64,000 bases of DNA from Ranitomeya imitator (lineage: Eukaryota), in NCBI RefSeq assembly GCF_032444005.1, contig NC_091286.1, forward strand, positions 419,120,001 to 419,184,000, given 5' to 3'. The notes below the pieces were generated by a model, which did no database searches, was not told the origin of the DNA, and saw nothing but the letters and a program-made list of their open reading frames with translations. Both the position numbers and the translations under genes were made by a program. Of this stretch, positions 34,026-47,750 are shown piece by piece. Numbering within the stretch: the stretch's first letter is position 1; each line of letters opens with the position of its first letter.

Positions 34026-34762
34026 CTAAAATGGTAAGCATAGGTAGAAGTTTATTTCATGGAGAAGCTCTAGTAAATATTATTCATAAATACATAAAGA
34101 TTTACTTAATTAACGCAGATAACACATCACACAAGCGACTGTATATTGTAGACGCACATTTTAGCAAGAAAAAAATCTTGTGTGTGTATATTACAGTTTA
34201 GAGAAAGCTTGATATCATTGAGGAGGTTGCTGACAGAGTGTCCTTCCTGAACAATGAGAGAACTATGCAGTGGTATTTCTTTCCGCCTGCCCAACGCTGA
34301 ACTATCTGATCAGTGCAAGCAAAAAGAGAAAGCTACCATGGATGCTGCAAGTTCTAGCCAGCTCAATGACTTTTTCATCAAGTGATTAGTCACGTCTTAA
34401 GTCTGGAAGAACTTCAGAGCTGTGTTTGTGTTGATGTAGCAGAGCTGTGTGTGTATATGCACAGCAGAGCTGAGTGTGCATGCAGCAGTGATGTGTATGG
34501 GTGTGCGCTGCATAAAAAGTACATAATGTTTGCGCTGTATATGTGTATAATACACGACTTGCAGATAAACGCCAATAATAGATCTTTTATCTACCAATTC
34601 TACACAAGTGCATTAAAATTTGTAATATTGACCCATCTACTTCTGAACACCAATAGAAAAGTTTATCTATATTAAATGCATCCCCCCCAATTTTCTGCTA
34701 TCTAAACCTTGGGTGTGTCTAACGGCAAAGTAATTTCTATAGTCCACAGGTAGGCTCTACAG

Positions 34763-34942
34763 CAGTGCTTCCCAAACTCCAGTCCTGATGGCCCCCAACT
34801 TGTCATGTTTTCGGGATTTCGTGAGCATTGCACAGGGTATGGAAGTATCATCAAGGCATCAGGAATTCTCTCACTTGTGCAACACTATGGGAATCCTGAA
34901 GACAATACCTGTTGGGGGCCGTGATGACTGTGGGAAACACTG
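34763..34942. mobile_element. Short hAT (Charlie-like) MITE
   Basis: TIR CAGTG(C/T)TTCCCA; 8-bp flanks CTCTACAG / CTCTAGAG resemble the NTCTAGAN target. Confidence 0.75.
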
Positions 34943-35154
34943 CTCTAGAGGCTCGGACTTTCACCTGGCTGCCTCTGCATGTAACCATGCTCTGTAGTCA
35001 CACTAGTCAGCTGGAGGAAGCTGACCAGAGTGGAATAGAAGAGAAAAGCCAGAATCTTTAGGAGAAGAGTCTGCACAGGCGGTGTGGATCAAACTTCAAG
35101 TATCAGTGGTTAATATGGACAATTGCTGGGACTAGCTCAGCAGTGTGTGAGTTA

Positions 35155-35914
35155 GGGTACCGTCACACTATAACATTTCGATCGCTACGACGGTACGATT
35201 CGTGACGTTCCAGCGATATCGTTACGATATCGCTGTGTCTGACACGCAGCAGCGATCAGGGATCCTGCTGAGAATCGTACGTCGTAGCAGATCGTTTAGA
35301 ACTTTCTTTCATCGCTGGATCTCCCGCTGTCATCGCTAGATCGGTGTGTGTGACACCGATCTAGCGATGCGATCCAGCGATGCGTTCGCTTGTAACCAGG
35401 GTAAACATCGGGTAACTAAGCGCAGGACCGCGCTTAGTTACCCGATGTTTACCCTGGTTACAAGCGTTAAACTGAAAAAAAAACAAACAGCACATACTTA
35501 CATTCTGGTGTCCGTCAGGTCCCTTGCCGTCTGCTTCCCGCACTGTGACTGCCGGCCGTAAAGTGAAAGCAGAGCACAGCGGCTGTGCTTTGACTTTCAC
35601 TTTACGGCCGGCAGGCACTGAGTGCGGGAAGCAGACTGCAAGGGACCTGACGGACACCAGAATGTAAGTATGTGCTGTTTGTTTTTTTTTAGTTTAACGC
35701 TTGTAACCAGGGTAAACATCGGGTAACTAAGCGCGGTCCTGCGCTTAGTTACCCGATGTTTACCCTGGTTACCCAGGGACCTCGGCATCGTTGGTCGCTG
35801 GAGAGCTGTCTGTGTGACAGCTCCCCAGCGACCACACTACGATTTACCTACGATCACGGCCAGGTCATATCGCTGGTCGTGATCGTAGGTAAATCGTATA
35901 GTGTGACGGTACCC
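35155..35914. mobile_element. Harbinger-type MITE with multi-hairpin core
   Basis: TIR GGGTACCGTCACACTATA and TWA flanks; same family as 49939-50740. Confidence 0.85.
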
Positions 35915-35929
35915 TAACCAGGGTCTGTT

Positions 35930-36420
35930 TCGTTTTGCTATCACCTGGACAAGACTATGCAAATTGTCTCTTCAGAGAAGAAGAAGTCTTGAACTCTAGT
36001 CCCACCTATTGGAAGTAGCAGTCCTACAAGTCAATTGAGATTCTGATTGTGCTTTTATCCTAAGTCATATTGCAAGGCTCATTAAAGGGTTGATATTGAC
36101 TGTAGGATTGCTACATCCAATAGGTGGCACTAGAGTTCAAGTACTATTCCTCTCTGAAGAGACAATTTGCATATTTAAATTTCCCAAAGGGGCATGCAAG
36201 GCATTTAAGTCTCCATATATTGGCGTGTCAGACCTGCCATGTCACTCTCCACAAGGAGAAAACTTACCACTTGGACAAGACTAGGAATTTATGTTTATGG
36301 TTTTTGTTTGGTATTGTGCAATCTGTGGAAAGTAAACATCACATTGCTTTGAAACCAGAATCCAGTGACAGGGTGAACACTACCTAATACCTACCTAAGA
36401 GCGTGATCCTCTACGCCACA
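35930..36420. repeat. Unclassified palindromic interspersed repeat (second copy ~30100-30370)
   Basis: Shared GATTGCTACATCCAATAGGTGGCAC..AGAG..TCAAGT core with an inverted partner. Confidence 0.55.
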
Positions 36421-36984
36421 TAATAAGGCATATTGATCCAGCATATTTTGTATATTTTATGCTATTTCATTTTCATTCAAGTGGAAACTGCTATTCAATA
36501 TAAAAATATGCATCTTCTGTCCATTCTATAAATCAATAAAACTGAGGATCTGTTTTCTCATCCATTCAACAAGTGCAATGGCCGGTCTGAATTGACCGTT
36601 AGTTGGGCATGTGTACCCTGCTTCATTCAGTCTTCGAAAGGGACACAGCCAGCCAAGTGCAGCACAGCAGTGCCCTACCGACCTAACATTTATCATCGGT
36701 CCATTTTGTGTAAGCCATTATTGACAACTGGAAGGGCATTTTCTGCTTTGTGCTTCGCTTATTACCTTCAAAAGGGCACTAGAAACTGGTGTAAATTACG
36801 GCGCAAAGCTACTCCTGCTTGCAGCATTTGCTTGTCTAAGAGAGAACAGGTAAACATGTGCCTTCTTAGAATTTATGTGTGAAGTGCAACATATCATTTA
36901 TTGCCATACTCTGAAGTAGGACCAGTAAATTAACCTCCAGTCCTAGTACACTCAATGCCCAATGTGTTTTAGTACCACAGTACA

Positions 36985-37236
36985 TGTAGTACATCTCCTC
37001 CCTCATTTCGGTCTATCGGCCTAGCCGACCGCTGCACTCTGCAAATGACTTTCGACTAACCTCTGCACCAATCCGTACCTCCCACTCCTTACTCCAAGAC
37101 TTCTCCCGCGCTGCACCAATCCTCTGGAATGCTCTACCCCAAGATATTAGGACCATCCACAATTTGCATAGTTTTGGGCACTCCCTTAAGACACATTTGT
37201 TCAGAGCGGTCTATCACGTTCCCTAATCAGTCATTT

Positions 37237-37273
<37 letters not shown>

Positions 37274-37528
37274 CCCATTCACTATCTCCATCTATCCACC
37301 ACCCCCTGAAGATGGCTGGACAATCAATGTAAATACATCATTGTAAATACACACCTGTACTTTGTATCTCCCCCACCTCATTGTAGATTGTAAGATCTCA
37401 CAAGCAGGTTCGTCTTATTTTGCTTTAATTATTGTATTGTTAACGTTGTTACTGTTTGTGTTTGAAACTGTTAAACTGTAAAGCGCTGCGGAATATGTTG
37501 GCGCTATATAAAGATAATTATTATTAGT
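36985..37528 (+). mobile_element. L2-clade LINE 3' fragment
   Basis: Encodes ..QDFSRAAPILWNALPQDIR..SLKTHLF.., then a 3' UTR ending TGTAAAGCGCTGCGGAATATGTTGGCGCTATATAAA and (ATT)n. Confidence 0.85.
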
Positions 37529-38423
37529 AGTACCTCTGGAGTTTTTCATGCGTTTTCATCAGTACAAGTCATAATTCATATATTAACTAAGTTGCAATGT
37601 CACACACCTAACAAAACAAAAAACTTCTGCCAATAAAACAATGCACATTAACGTGGTTTTAACACAGGAAAAAGCCCAATAAAAATGTAACCATTTAGAC
37701 ATTCATATAGGGGACTTAGCCCCTATAAAAATCAGTAAATTAGTTATTACATTTTATTGATGCTCTGAGGGAACGTTGGTGTGTCCTCGACATGACCTAA
37801 AGTTCGATACGCCATTCCACCCCCTCAGGTACCTTCCTCTTATAGTTATTGACAGCGCTCTGTTTGGAGCAATGCCTGATCTGAATCCCCAGCCCTGCAC
37901 ATACTGACACTGCAGGGGCGACCGTATCCATCGTTCTTTTTGGTGTGAGACATTACATTTCTTTGTTCTAAAAAAATACGTTGTTGTAATATTAAGGCAA
38001 AGCATATCAGAGACAGGGAAGACATCCTTCAGAAAAAGTGGGTTTTCTATGATACCAGGCAAATTAATTTAAATATGTACCTTAACGTGCATTAAATTAC
38101 CATTACTTGATCAATAAGTAAGCTTTTATTACAAAAGGTTAATAAAATAAAAAATAAAAAACAGTCCAGAATATGGCAGAAAAATAAGTCTTTAGTCTTT
38201 CACATTTAAAAGTTACCGTAATAAGGTAATGCTTTTGCAATTATGACATGTATATAAAAGGTTAAGAGGTATCAAGTCACTAATTCCACTGCACACGTGT
38301 TAGGACAACGTCAGCACAGAGTTAATCCATAGATTGTACACGCTGTACCTTGAGAGAGAGAAAGTACAAGGGTACAGAGTGGGCAGGAGCAAGGTGCACT
38401 GAAGAGGGAGGGAAGACACTTAC

Positions 38424-38468
38424 TCTTAACCAAGGCAGCAGGTTGAGGAGGGCGAGGCGGAGGCTCTC
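38424..38468 (-). CDS. TNK2: TNK2 45-nt symmetric exon (R EPPPRPPQPAALVK)
   Basis: CTCAG acceptor, GTAAGT donor, phase 1-1; resembles the EPPPRPPQP cassette of ACK1. Confidence 0.88.
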
Positions 38469-40352
38469 CTGAGAGAAGAAAGGCCATGAAGCATTGGAAA
38501 AAAGCCAGTAACTGATTTAGATGAGGCACAAGCATGCAAATTAAAATTATTTCTGAAAGCAGGAGGCTGCATGACACACAAATCATATTAAAGATATGAT
38601 GAAATACAACAGCAAAGAGAATTATGGCAAAAAGTAACTTCAAGCAGTAGTAATGAAAGAATAACAAACATAGAAGTGGGATATATTGGTCAATATTAGG
38701 GCCCTCTTTCACACATCCAATTTTGCATAGTTTAAACTTGCGTTAAGGTTTTTCAGAACAAAAATTGGTTTACACTAAAAAAGAGTTGAAGTAGAAATCA
38801 AGCTTGAAGATCTATTTGGTGGTAACATACACCGTGAATTTCGGCTGCTGACCAGTGCTTTTTATGCCTTATTTGGGTCACCTGCCGTTGATGCAATGTT
38901 TGATGCAGACTTTTGAGCCAAAGCCAGAGAAAATTCATTTAGATTTCTCACTGCTTTTGAATCTACATGCATTTGGCTAGAACATAGAGAAACATTTTTC
39001 CAAAAATGTTCACGGTGGTTTACATATTGTGTATTGTATTTGTTTTTTACAAAGGTGCTATGTTGCCAATTGCAAGCAGTGAGGCAGAGTTCGCCACCAC
39101 TCTCTCATTCCCGCTAATCTCTCCATCGGGGCTTGGGTTGGAATACCCTAAAACCACAGTATTCAGCTCTTTCCCATTTTCAGCCAATGACGCAAAAGGA
39201 TTCCAAAAATAATTTAACTTTGGTCTCAGGTTGACCTCCTTTCTGGCAATGTCTGTTTTTTTGCTGGACATAATATTGTGACGTCTGATAGATGAAAATC
39301 CCACCTATCTGAGAAACATGACTCCATCTTTGCTGCTGCTGTGAAAACAGAAGTTGGCCACTCCAGTGTTGATCTCTCCACTCACTTTACTGGGTATTCT
39401 GAAAACAGCTGAGCAATAGTCATGTAGCGGTCTCAGAGGTAGGACGTGCATCTATCATTTATGGTTAACCCTCTTCTACAGAGCTGGATCACGTTTCGGC
39501 AAAATGACAAAAGGATGGCATCTTTTTTTCCTAGGAAATGCTGGGGACAACATACAGCATATGCATAAAGCAATCCAGACAACACAAAGCGTATGCATAA
39601 AAGAACTTATGCAATTAATGGACAAACCATTTATGCTTTATTCTTTTTACTAAAGCCCTTTAATAACTTGCTTCTTTGCCAGGTTAGTCTGTCCTTCCGA
39701 GCCTACAACTTCAGTTCCTGCTCTAGATCCCCTACGATGGCAGCTATTATAAGTAGGGAGTGGGTATAAAGCACCTTCCTAGCAATCTCCACATTATCAC
39801 CTGATTAGCAATTGTGTGGGCATTTACTGTATGTGGATAACAACTTGGATCCTTCCTATAAACGTACCTATGATAGCTGAACCAGCAGAAAGCGTCACTG
39901 AGACATAGCAGAGGACTTGTGCGAATTGGGGGAGATTTAGCAATATCATTGCTAAAATTAAGGGAAATATCACACAAAGTGTGTCAAATTTATTAAAATG
40001 ATGAAAAAAAGCTAGATAACTCTTTGGCACCGTGCTGGACATATTGGACACTGTTCCTTTCCTTATGTCACCTCTTGGCTGGTGCCAAAAATATGAACTT
40101 AATAGATTCGATACTCTTATCCAAACACTTTACAAAAAGTGTCTAGAGCGGCTCAAAAAACCCTTTAATCTAGTAATTATACTTGGCTCACAATATATAT
40201 TCTTCATTTTAGCACTATTTCTGTGAATTTTACTTAAGAAAATCTCAACAATTGTTCCTGCATGTTGAACAACCTGGCAAAAAGAAGATATTAAAGAAAC
40301 GATCATTTTTCCTTGTTGTAAAAGTGTGGAGCAGATGCTGATTGACGATTAA

Positions 40353-40741
40353 GGCTACTTTCACACTAGCGTCGGAATCTCCCCGTCGCAATGCGTCGGG
40401 CAGAGATTCCGACACTAGCGTTTGACGCACTGCACAACGGGTGCAGCGGATGCATTTCTCCGGCGCATTGTGAGGTGCGGGGAGGTGGGGGCGGAGTTCC
40501 GGCCGCGCATGCGCGGTCGGAAAAAGCGGTCCGTCAGGAGCAAAAAACGTTACACTTAACGTTTTTTGCTCCTGGCGGTCCGCCACAACACGGCGTAACC
40601 GTCGCACGACGGGTCGCAATGCGTCGCTAATGTTAATCTATGGGGCAAAAACGCATCCTGCACACAACTTTGCAGGATGCGTTTTTTGCCATAAACGACG
40701 CATTGCGATGTCTGGCAAAAAACGCCAGTGTGAAAGTAGCC
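40353..40741. mobile_element. Harbinger-type MITE
   Basis: TIR GGCTACTTTCACACT and TAA TSD; ends 63 bp from a TNK2 donor. Confidence 0.88.
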
Positions 40742-40804
40742 TAACACATTCTCTTTTGCACAAGCATGCTGAATACATGGCTCTATGGCAAACAAACCAC
40801 TTAC

Positions 40805-40896
40805 TCTTTGCCCTCCCTGGAAGCTGAGTTGGTTTAGGGGTTCCTTGATCCAGTCCTAGAATGTCAGGTGGATCCATGGGATTTCCCAAGTACAGC
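40805..40896 (-). CDS. TNK2: TNK2 exon (LYLGNPMDPPDILGLDQGTPKPTQLPGRAK)
   Basis: GCAG acceptor, GTAAGT donor, 92 nt (phase 2 to 1). Confidence 0.94.
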
Positions 40897-42894
40897 CTGC
40901 GGGGGGAAGCAGACAACATAAAGCAAGGGCATAAAAGCAACTAATTGTATCACAATATGATAAAAGACAAATGTACTCTCTGAGCAAAATGGAATGGAAT
41001 TGTTATAAAAAAAATCCCTTTTACTGCATGATTACCAGAATAGTATAATTGCTGGCCTTAAAATTAAAGAGGTGCATGACAGCGCAGTAAATACTGCCTC
41101 TGATCGGTGGTAAAATCATTACCAATAGTCAGACAGCCGCAGTTCCCACACTGTCAAATGACAGCGTGAGCCCACAGCTGGGTCACTGGCGTCGGGCTGA
41201 TGGGACTACTACTCTCATCAGCCTATGCCTGCTGCCGCGAACATCAGAGAGAGCAGGCACGGGTGATGGGAGTATTCATCAGCCACTGCCTGGGTACTAA
41301 ATAAGTAATTCCCAAAAAAACGGTGTGGTTTTCCTATATTTTTGATAACCAGCCAGCCAAAACTGAAAGCTATGGGCTGCAACCCTCAGCTGTCAGCGTT
41401 AGCAAGGCTGGTTACCAAGAATAGAGGGGTCCCTACACCTTTTTAAAATAATTTATATAAATAATTTTAAAAACGGCATGGGGTCCCCCTAATTTTTGAC
41501 ATCCAGGCAAGCTAAAGCAAACAGCTGGGGGCTGGTATTCTCAGTCTGGTAAGGGCCCATGAATCTTTGCAAACAGCGTTAAATATTTTTGTTTAAATAT
41601 TTCCCACTGCATTTTGTACACAGACACATGGTTAACGGTCATATTTTATTTTAGGATTGTTAATATTTATCATTGTCAATTTTAGTGAAAAACCATATCC
41701 AGTCTGACTACAACGTTACAGACACATTACACTTCATATCCAGCAGAGGGCACTGCAGGAAAAAGAAGTCTGAGCATCAAAATGTGGTAAAAAATGCATA
41801 TCCATCAAAGTGACCTCTTAAAATCAGCTTAGGCCAACTAAAAATAAGGAAATATGCAAAGTTAGTTATTTAAAAAGAAAATAAATAAATCTACACAAAA
41901 AAAATGTTTGACCATTTATTTCCAGATGAGAGAACCCTGATTTAGCTGAAACACTACGCACTGACTTTGATCACCTTGAGCATCTAATGATAAGTTAATG
42001 TTGCTGTGTTGTAGCATGTGCATAATGTGATTCCAACATTTCCATCACCTACAATCCAGGTTACAAACTACTTTGCCAACATAGTCCGCAAGGAAAGTCA
42101 GATTAAATTGCTACTTGCTTACGACCTGACTGATAGCAAGTTGCAGGCAAAATGTAAGACCAAAATTGTAGCCTAAATGTGTCCGTTTTGTCCGGTTACT
42201 TTGCTGTGCTAGCTTTCAAACCAACACAATTTTTGATAACACTTTTTTTTTTAAAATCAATAGCAAAGAAACCTACAAAACTGACAGTCTATAAAAGTGC
42301 TAACACTTAGTCTTATGACAGGTGTCACAAAAAAGAAGGCATCCTGGTTCTTCCTTTCGTTTCAATCACTATAATAACTATATACGTTAGGGGATGACCA
42401 TATGGCATGTGCCATAAAACATGATGATATACATAGGGGATGTGATGGTCAATGATGCCTTGGAATCAGATTGTTTCATTTTGAAGACATACTGCAGGAC
42501 CAGCTCTGTCCCATAATTGGCATATACTGAAGCTGTTCCGCCTCTTTTCTAATATACTGACATTTATCTTAATAACGCTATATATTTGGAACAATGTAAC
42601 AATGCCACGTGTATAATGGAGATTCATCTCCATACTGTTACTGGAAATATGATGAGCTACTGTACATCTGGAAAATAATCTCAGGCAACATAAGCTCGGT
42701 GATTATCGCCTAACTTAATTGTACAGCATTAGTACACGCAAGTCATTCCTCTTTTCCGCTAATTTGCCACTAAATCGTAATGGTTATCGCATTGTCTGTA
42801 GATACCTTAAAATATAAGTAAATCAGATGAAACTAAAAAGGCACTGCAAGCTAGAGGATAAAAGCAACTTAGATTTCTGGAAATGGTTTCTTAC

Positions 42895-43089
42895 TCATCA
42901 ATCCTGTCAGGGAAGCCCCAGCAATGAGCAGGCACAGTGTCTCCATGACCGGTGTGGATAAAGCTGTTCTTTAGAGGACGACTGATATCATGGGCAGACA
43001 GTCCAGCTACAGATGTCACCGTGTTACGTGGAAACTGACCGACTTTCAATGTTCGCTTGTTCTGGCCTCTCCACCAGTAATTCTCAGCC
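42895..43089 (-). CDS. TNK2: TNK2 exon, SH3 end and CRIB ([22 protein letters not shown]...[16 protein letters not shown]...CWGFPDRID)
   Basis: CACAG acceptor, GTAAG donor, 195 nt, phase 2-2. Confidence 0.96.
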
Positions 43090-46000
43090 CTGTGGGAAAG
43101 ATAAAGGAGACATCAGGCCATGATGAATAGGCTAAATTCTGCAACAGTAATGTACACCCAAATGAGGCCCCAAATCTCAGAACAAATGTACAAAACAGTG
43201 TTCAGCTTTTTGATTTTGGGTCCTTAACAAGTGTAAGAGAAAAGCATCTTTGAGGTTTACCTGCAGCTGCCCTGAACCTCCTGCAATACAGGTGCACCCT
43301 TCTGGAGTGGCTACGTGTTCAGTCTGTGCGATTACCGCCTTGCCTAATTAACACGTGGGTACACGCATAGTAAAGAGTGAGTCAGCCCTTCTTCCTGTCA
43401 TCCCTGGAGGCACGCACAAGCACATCTGTCACAAGTACTCCTATGGAATTCCTTACATCCCTTACTAATCATCTAGCTAAAAACTCCAGAAATGGACAAG
43501 ACATGACAGGAATCCACCTCCAGCCAGGTTTATGGTTTGTACAGAAACGGAAATGAAGCCCCCAACCTGCAGAATCGCCCTCCACTAGTTTCCCTCCTAC
43601 ACACCTTGTCGGGTACAAAGTCACACACCACCCTATCTTCCGTAATTACTTAGTGACACCACTAACTAAGTGGTGATCAGTTTTCAGAGGCTGGAAAAGA
43701 TTAGAACAAAATCACTGCATTTATGGATTAGATTCTGAATTATGTAAAAAATGTGACTGGACAAGGTTGGGGGTAAGAAACAGACAGTGAAAAGCAGAGT
43801 GGAGGTGAGGAGTGAGAGACACTGCCGATTATCACAAATCTGCACATTTCAGGGTGAAAACCATAAGTATCATGTGTAGGGCTCATCTGATAATGAAAGC
43901 TATCTGAGTATGTCCCAATACGATCACCATGAAGCACACACTGTACCATTTGACAATCTGACAGTGACATGTTTCAGCATTTTCCCAGAAGAAATCCAAA
44001 AGTACGCCTGTAGTAAGGTTACTTACGGAGCCCAAGACAGACGAGTCTAAACTCTGTCCCCTATGGTGACAGGACTTCTGTCCTTGGTGCTCTTACACCT
44101 CTTTCCCTTTCCCTGGTAACCCATCCCTTCTCTAAAGATCAGCTCACCTGCCCCCGCTGTGTGGCTGCCAGCAGGAATGGGAGCAGTGTGTGGGTGTGGA
44201 AGAGTGTATCTAAGCTGCAGCACGCCATTGGTACACAGGCAGGGTCAAAGGAAATGAGTGCATTTAAGTTCCTTGTACTGCATTTAACCCATTCTTTGGC
44301 AGGGACATTGGTTTTGTCACAAGAATGCTTCATTACATGCAGAAAATCCTGAGATGCAGTTGTGGGGAGACCTAATCTTAGGTGACCAGTTCTGCTCACA
44401 CTATCCATACAACATGCAAGGAGTCCTGGCAAGGAGTGACACCAGCTGAATTATCACCATCCATTGCTCCTGTGTCCTGGGCCCCGACAACCATTTGTCA
44501 TGCAAACCCAAAATGGAATAAAAGTCTATCTATCTGGCTTTATATTATGAAACACTTTCCCATTTTGTTTCTTGGTAGGTTTTGTATTAAGAAGTATTGG
44601 GGATGTGCATTGCCCCAAAGTGAGTGAAATGAAGGCAGAGCTACCGCACAGCTTTCCCTACACAACCTTTCAGTCGTTGTCTACGCTCTGTACATTAGAT
44701 GCAACCATAGGAATGAACAATTGGAGCGGTGTGTCTGCTCAATACCTTCGATTGTGCCTCCATGACTACATGGCATAGGTCTGGCCTAACCATGAGGTCT
44801 GTATTCTGATGCGGTTTATAGCACCAGGATTGGATCTAAAAGACTAGATCATTTTACGTCTCTTCCCTGCCGAATTGATGACTGCATTTGGATTAATAAA
44901 GTGAGAATTACATCTAATCGGTAAGAGAGAATGGTCTTTGAGTACTGTTTTGGAGAAGGAACAATGGCAGAGATTTCCACTGACGATTCATTACTTTTAT
45001 GATGGCTCTGGTCAGTCTGTCAGGTACCTCTTGGGATCCCAGTATTCTTGATAGCCCACACAGTGATATAAACTTCCATTTTCTAGTCATACAAAAATAC
45101 ATGAATCCCTAGCAACATTTATTATTAGAACGAATCCCCCCAAAATATTGTGAAATTACAAGAATGTCTCCTCATTAACGCAGTATGACTGTACGTGTCC
45201 AAGCTGTGACTTGAGAAGCAGGAATACACACCCTGTCTGCACCACACATCACTGAACACCTGAACTACGCAGCCGCCAGTCACATTACAACTGTGTCAGT
45301 GAAAGGGTTAAAGCCACGCATCCTCCTCTCTGGCCTGGTTGGAGCTATCAGTCTACTCAGCCTGTCTCTGATGCTTGGGCACAATTACGAGGTGTGGTTG
45401 TGATGGGCGCTCCCCCGTGACTCACGTTTAGCTCTCCACCCAGACCTGATAACCTACCCACAGGGTGAGTCAGTGGCATACTCACTGTGTAACCCCTAAT
45501 TTTCCACAGTGTTAGCAGAATAATTAATCAGTAATTCCTGACATAATATATTGTGACATAACTTTCTGACATGGGTTACAGAACTGTTTAAAAAAGCCAT
45601 TATTGTCTGACTCCAAAAAGGAATATTCTGCAGGTGGCATAAAGCAATGCAATGTGTAAGCACCTGCCAACTGCATTGACAGCGCAGAACATGGCAGTCC
45701 AGGTCTGGTTGTGACCCACTCCACCACAGGTGTAAAGACTGCTCAGGCCCCCTAACAAGGCTGCAATGGGCATTACTACGGGTTTTAGGCTGTGCCTACT
45801 GATACATTTCAGGTCTTCTACAGATCCTAACAAACCAAACCTTTTGTTCTTCACGTAAAGCTCATTTCCATATCTTTATCGGCCATGTCTACAGGTAACA
45901 TGAGCATCATTTACCCAAACTGACTTTAGGATGAAATTGCATTTTGCCCATATCTTTGATCCCCATCTGCGTGGCATATTCTGCATCACCAGCTCTAGGT

Positions 46001-46440
46001 AGGTGGGTATCCACGAAGAATACAGGTGATGCAATTAGGGATTATTTGACTACAGCTAGTTCTCCAAAGATTCCTAATTAGGGACCACAATTGGGCAGTT
46101 GCTTTGACACAAAGATTTAGTTCCCAATTCTGAATTAGCAAATAATGTTATTGGCAAGCAAAGTGTAGTGGAAAAATTGGGGTAAAACCTCCACTAACAC
46201 AAACAACAGTAGAATAGTGAATAAAAATAATTCCAAATCTCAACCTATGGACTATAATAAGGGCCAACTGCAACCAACAATATGCGATCAAAACCGAGAG
46301 ACAAAAGACAACAGTCATGAAGCCCATTTAGAAGTAACCAAAGTATAAATCTATATTATTATCAAAAACAGGAAAAGGGGCTAAAAAGAATATCCCCATT
46401 TGTCCCCTTTTCCGGCTTTCATGATAATAATAAAGATTTA

Positions 46441-47442
46441 GGGTATGTTCACACGTTCAGGATTTCCATCCTTTTTTTTTCAGGACAGTTTTTTTAAAAA
46501 ACTGCAGCTCTTGGCAGAAAACGCAGGTCCTTTTTTTGTCCTTTTTTGATGCGTTTTTTGATGCGTTTTTTTATCCTTTTCTTATGCAGTTTTCTATGCA
46601 GAGACTGTGTGTTTCCTAGGAAGCTTTTTAGGGCTAAAATGGCTGAAAATACCCTAACCCTACCCCTAACCCTACCCCTAACCCTACCCCTATTCTAACC
46701 TTAGTGAAAAAAAAAAAAAAAAATCTTAATTTTTTTATTGTCCCTACCAATGGGGGTGACAAAGTGGGGGGGGGTGTCATTTACTATTTTTTTATTTTGA
46801 TCACTGAGATAGGTTATATCTCAGTGATCAAAATGCACTTTGGAGCGAATCTGCCGGCCGGCAGATTCGGCGGGCGCACTGCGCATGCGCCCGCCATTTT
46901 GCAAGATGGCGGCGCCCAGGGAGAAGACGGCCGGACGGACACCGGGTAAGTATAAGGGGGGGAGATTAGGGCACGGGGGGGGGGCATCGGAGCACTGGGG
47001 GGGGCATCGGAGCACGGGGGGGGGGGGGGGGGGGCATCGGAGCACGGGGGCGGGATCGGAGCACGGGGGGGCAGCCACACTCCGCCCACGCACTTCCGCC
47101 CGCTCCCCCGCACTTCCTGCTGCAGCGGTTCTGCACATCAAATCGCAGTAAAACCCGCAGATATATTTTTGATCTGCGGGTTTTAATGCGATTTTGACCT
47201 CACAATGGAGGTCTATGGGTGCAGAACCACTGCGGTTCAGGAAAAAGAAGTGACATGCTCCTTCTTTTTTGCCGCAGCTATTCTGCGCGGCTTTTTAAAC
47301 GAAATTACGGACCATGTGCACAGCAGTGACTGTTTTCCATAGGGTTACATTGTTATGTACCCTGCATGGAAAACTGCTGCGGAACCGCAGCGGCAATACC
47401 GCTGCGGTTCCGCAGTAAAAAACGCACTGTGTGAACATGGCC
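46441..47442. mobile_element. Harbinger-type MITE with CCCTAA-like and G-run blocks
   Basis: TIR GG(G/C)(T/C)ATGTTCACAC and TTA TSD; CCCTAA/CCCTAC repeats at 46652-46690; GC-rich core. Confidence 0.82.
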
Positions 47443-47750
47443 TTATACTTTGGTTGCTTCTAAATGAGCTTTATGACTGTTGTCTTTTGTCTCTCGGTTT
47501 AGTTCCCAATTCTGAATGTAGGACAACTGGCAGCAGGTCATGGAGTAAGAAAGACAAATAGGATATCTACAAGCTTATGCACTAAGCGTCAAGAGGGCAG
47601 TTTCATGGCTTAACAGACTTTTGTGAACCAGATGTTGAATTGGATAACTAAATAGCTTTATATATGTTAGGCTGAATTCACATTAGGAAAATACTGTATG
47701 CAGAGCAATCCATCATGGGGCTATATCTGCATACCCCAAAATGTTGTTAA

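Noticed and set aside
34026-34041. Met start of the 496-aa ORF (and its tail 32551-32589)
   Set aside because: These parts are intronic; the real exon is bounded by AG at 34027-34026 and GT at 32589-32588.
37754-38062. 102-aa minus-strand ORF in unique-looking intron
   Set aside because: No recognisable motif or exon boundaries.
39047-39304. 85-aa protein-like ORF in a TNK2 intron (nearby CCAATGACGC motif)
   Set aside because: GTG start, no convincing splice sites and no family similarity I recognise; the flanking exon phases are already satisfied.
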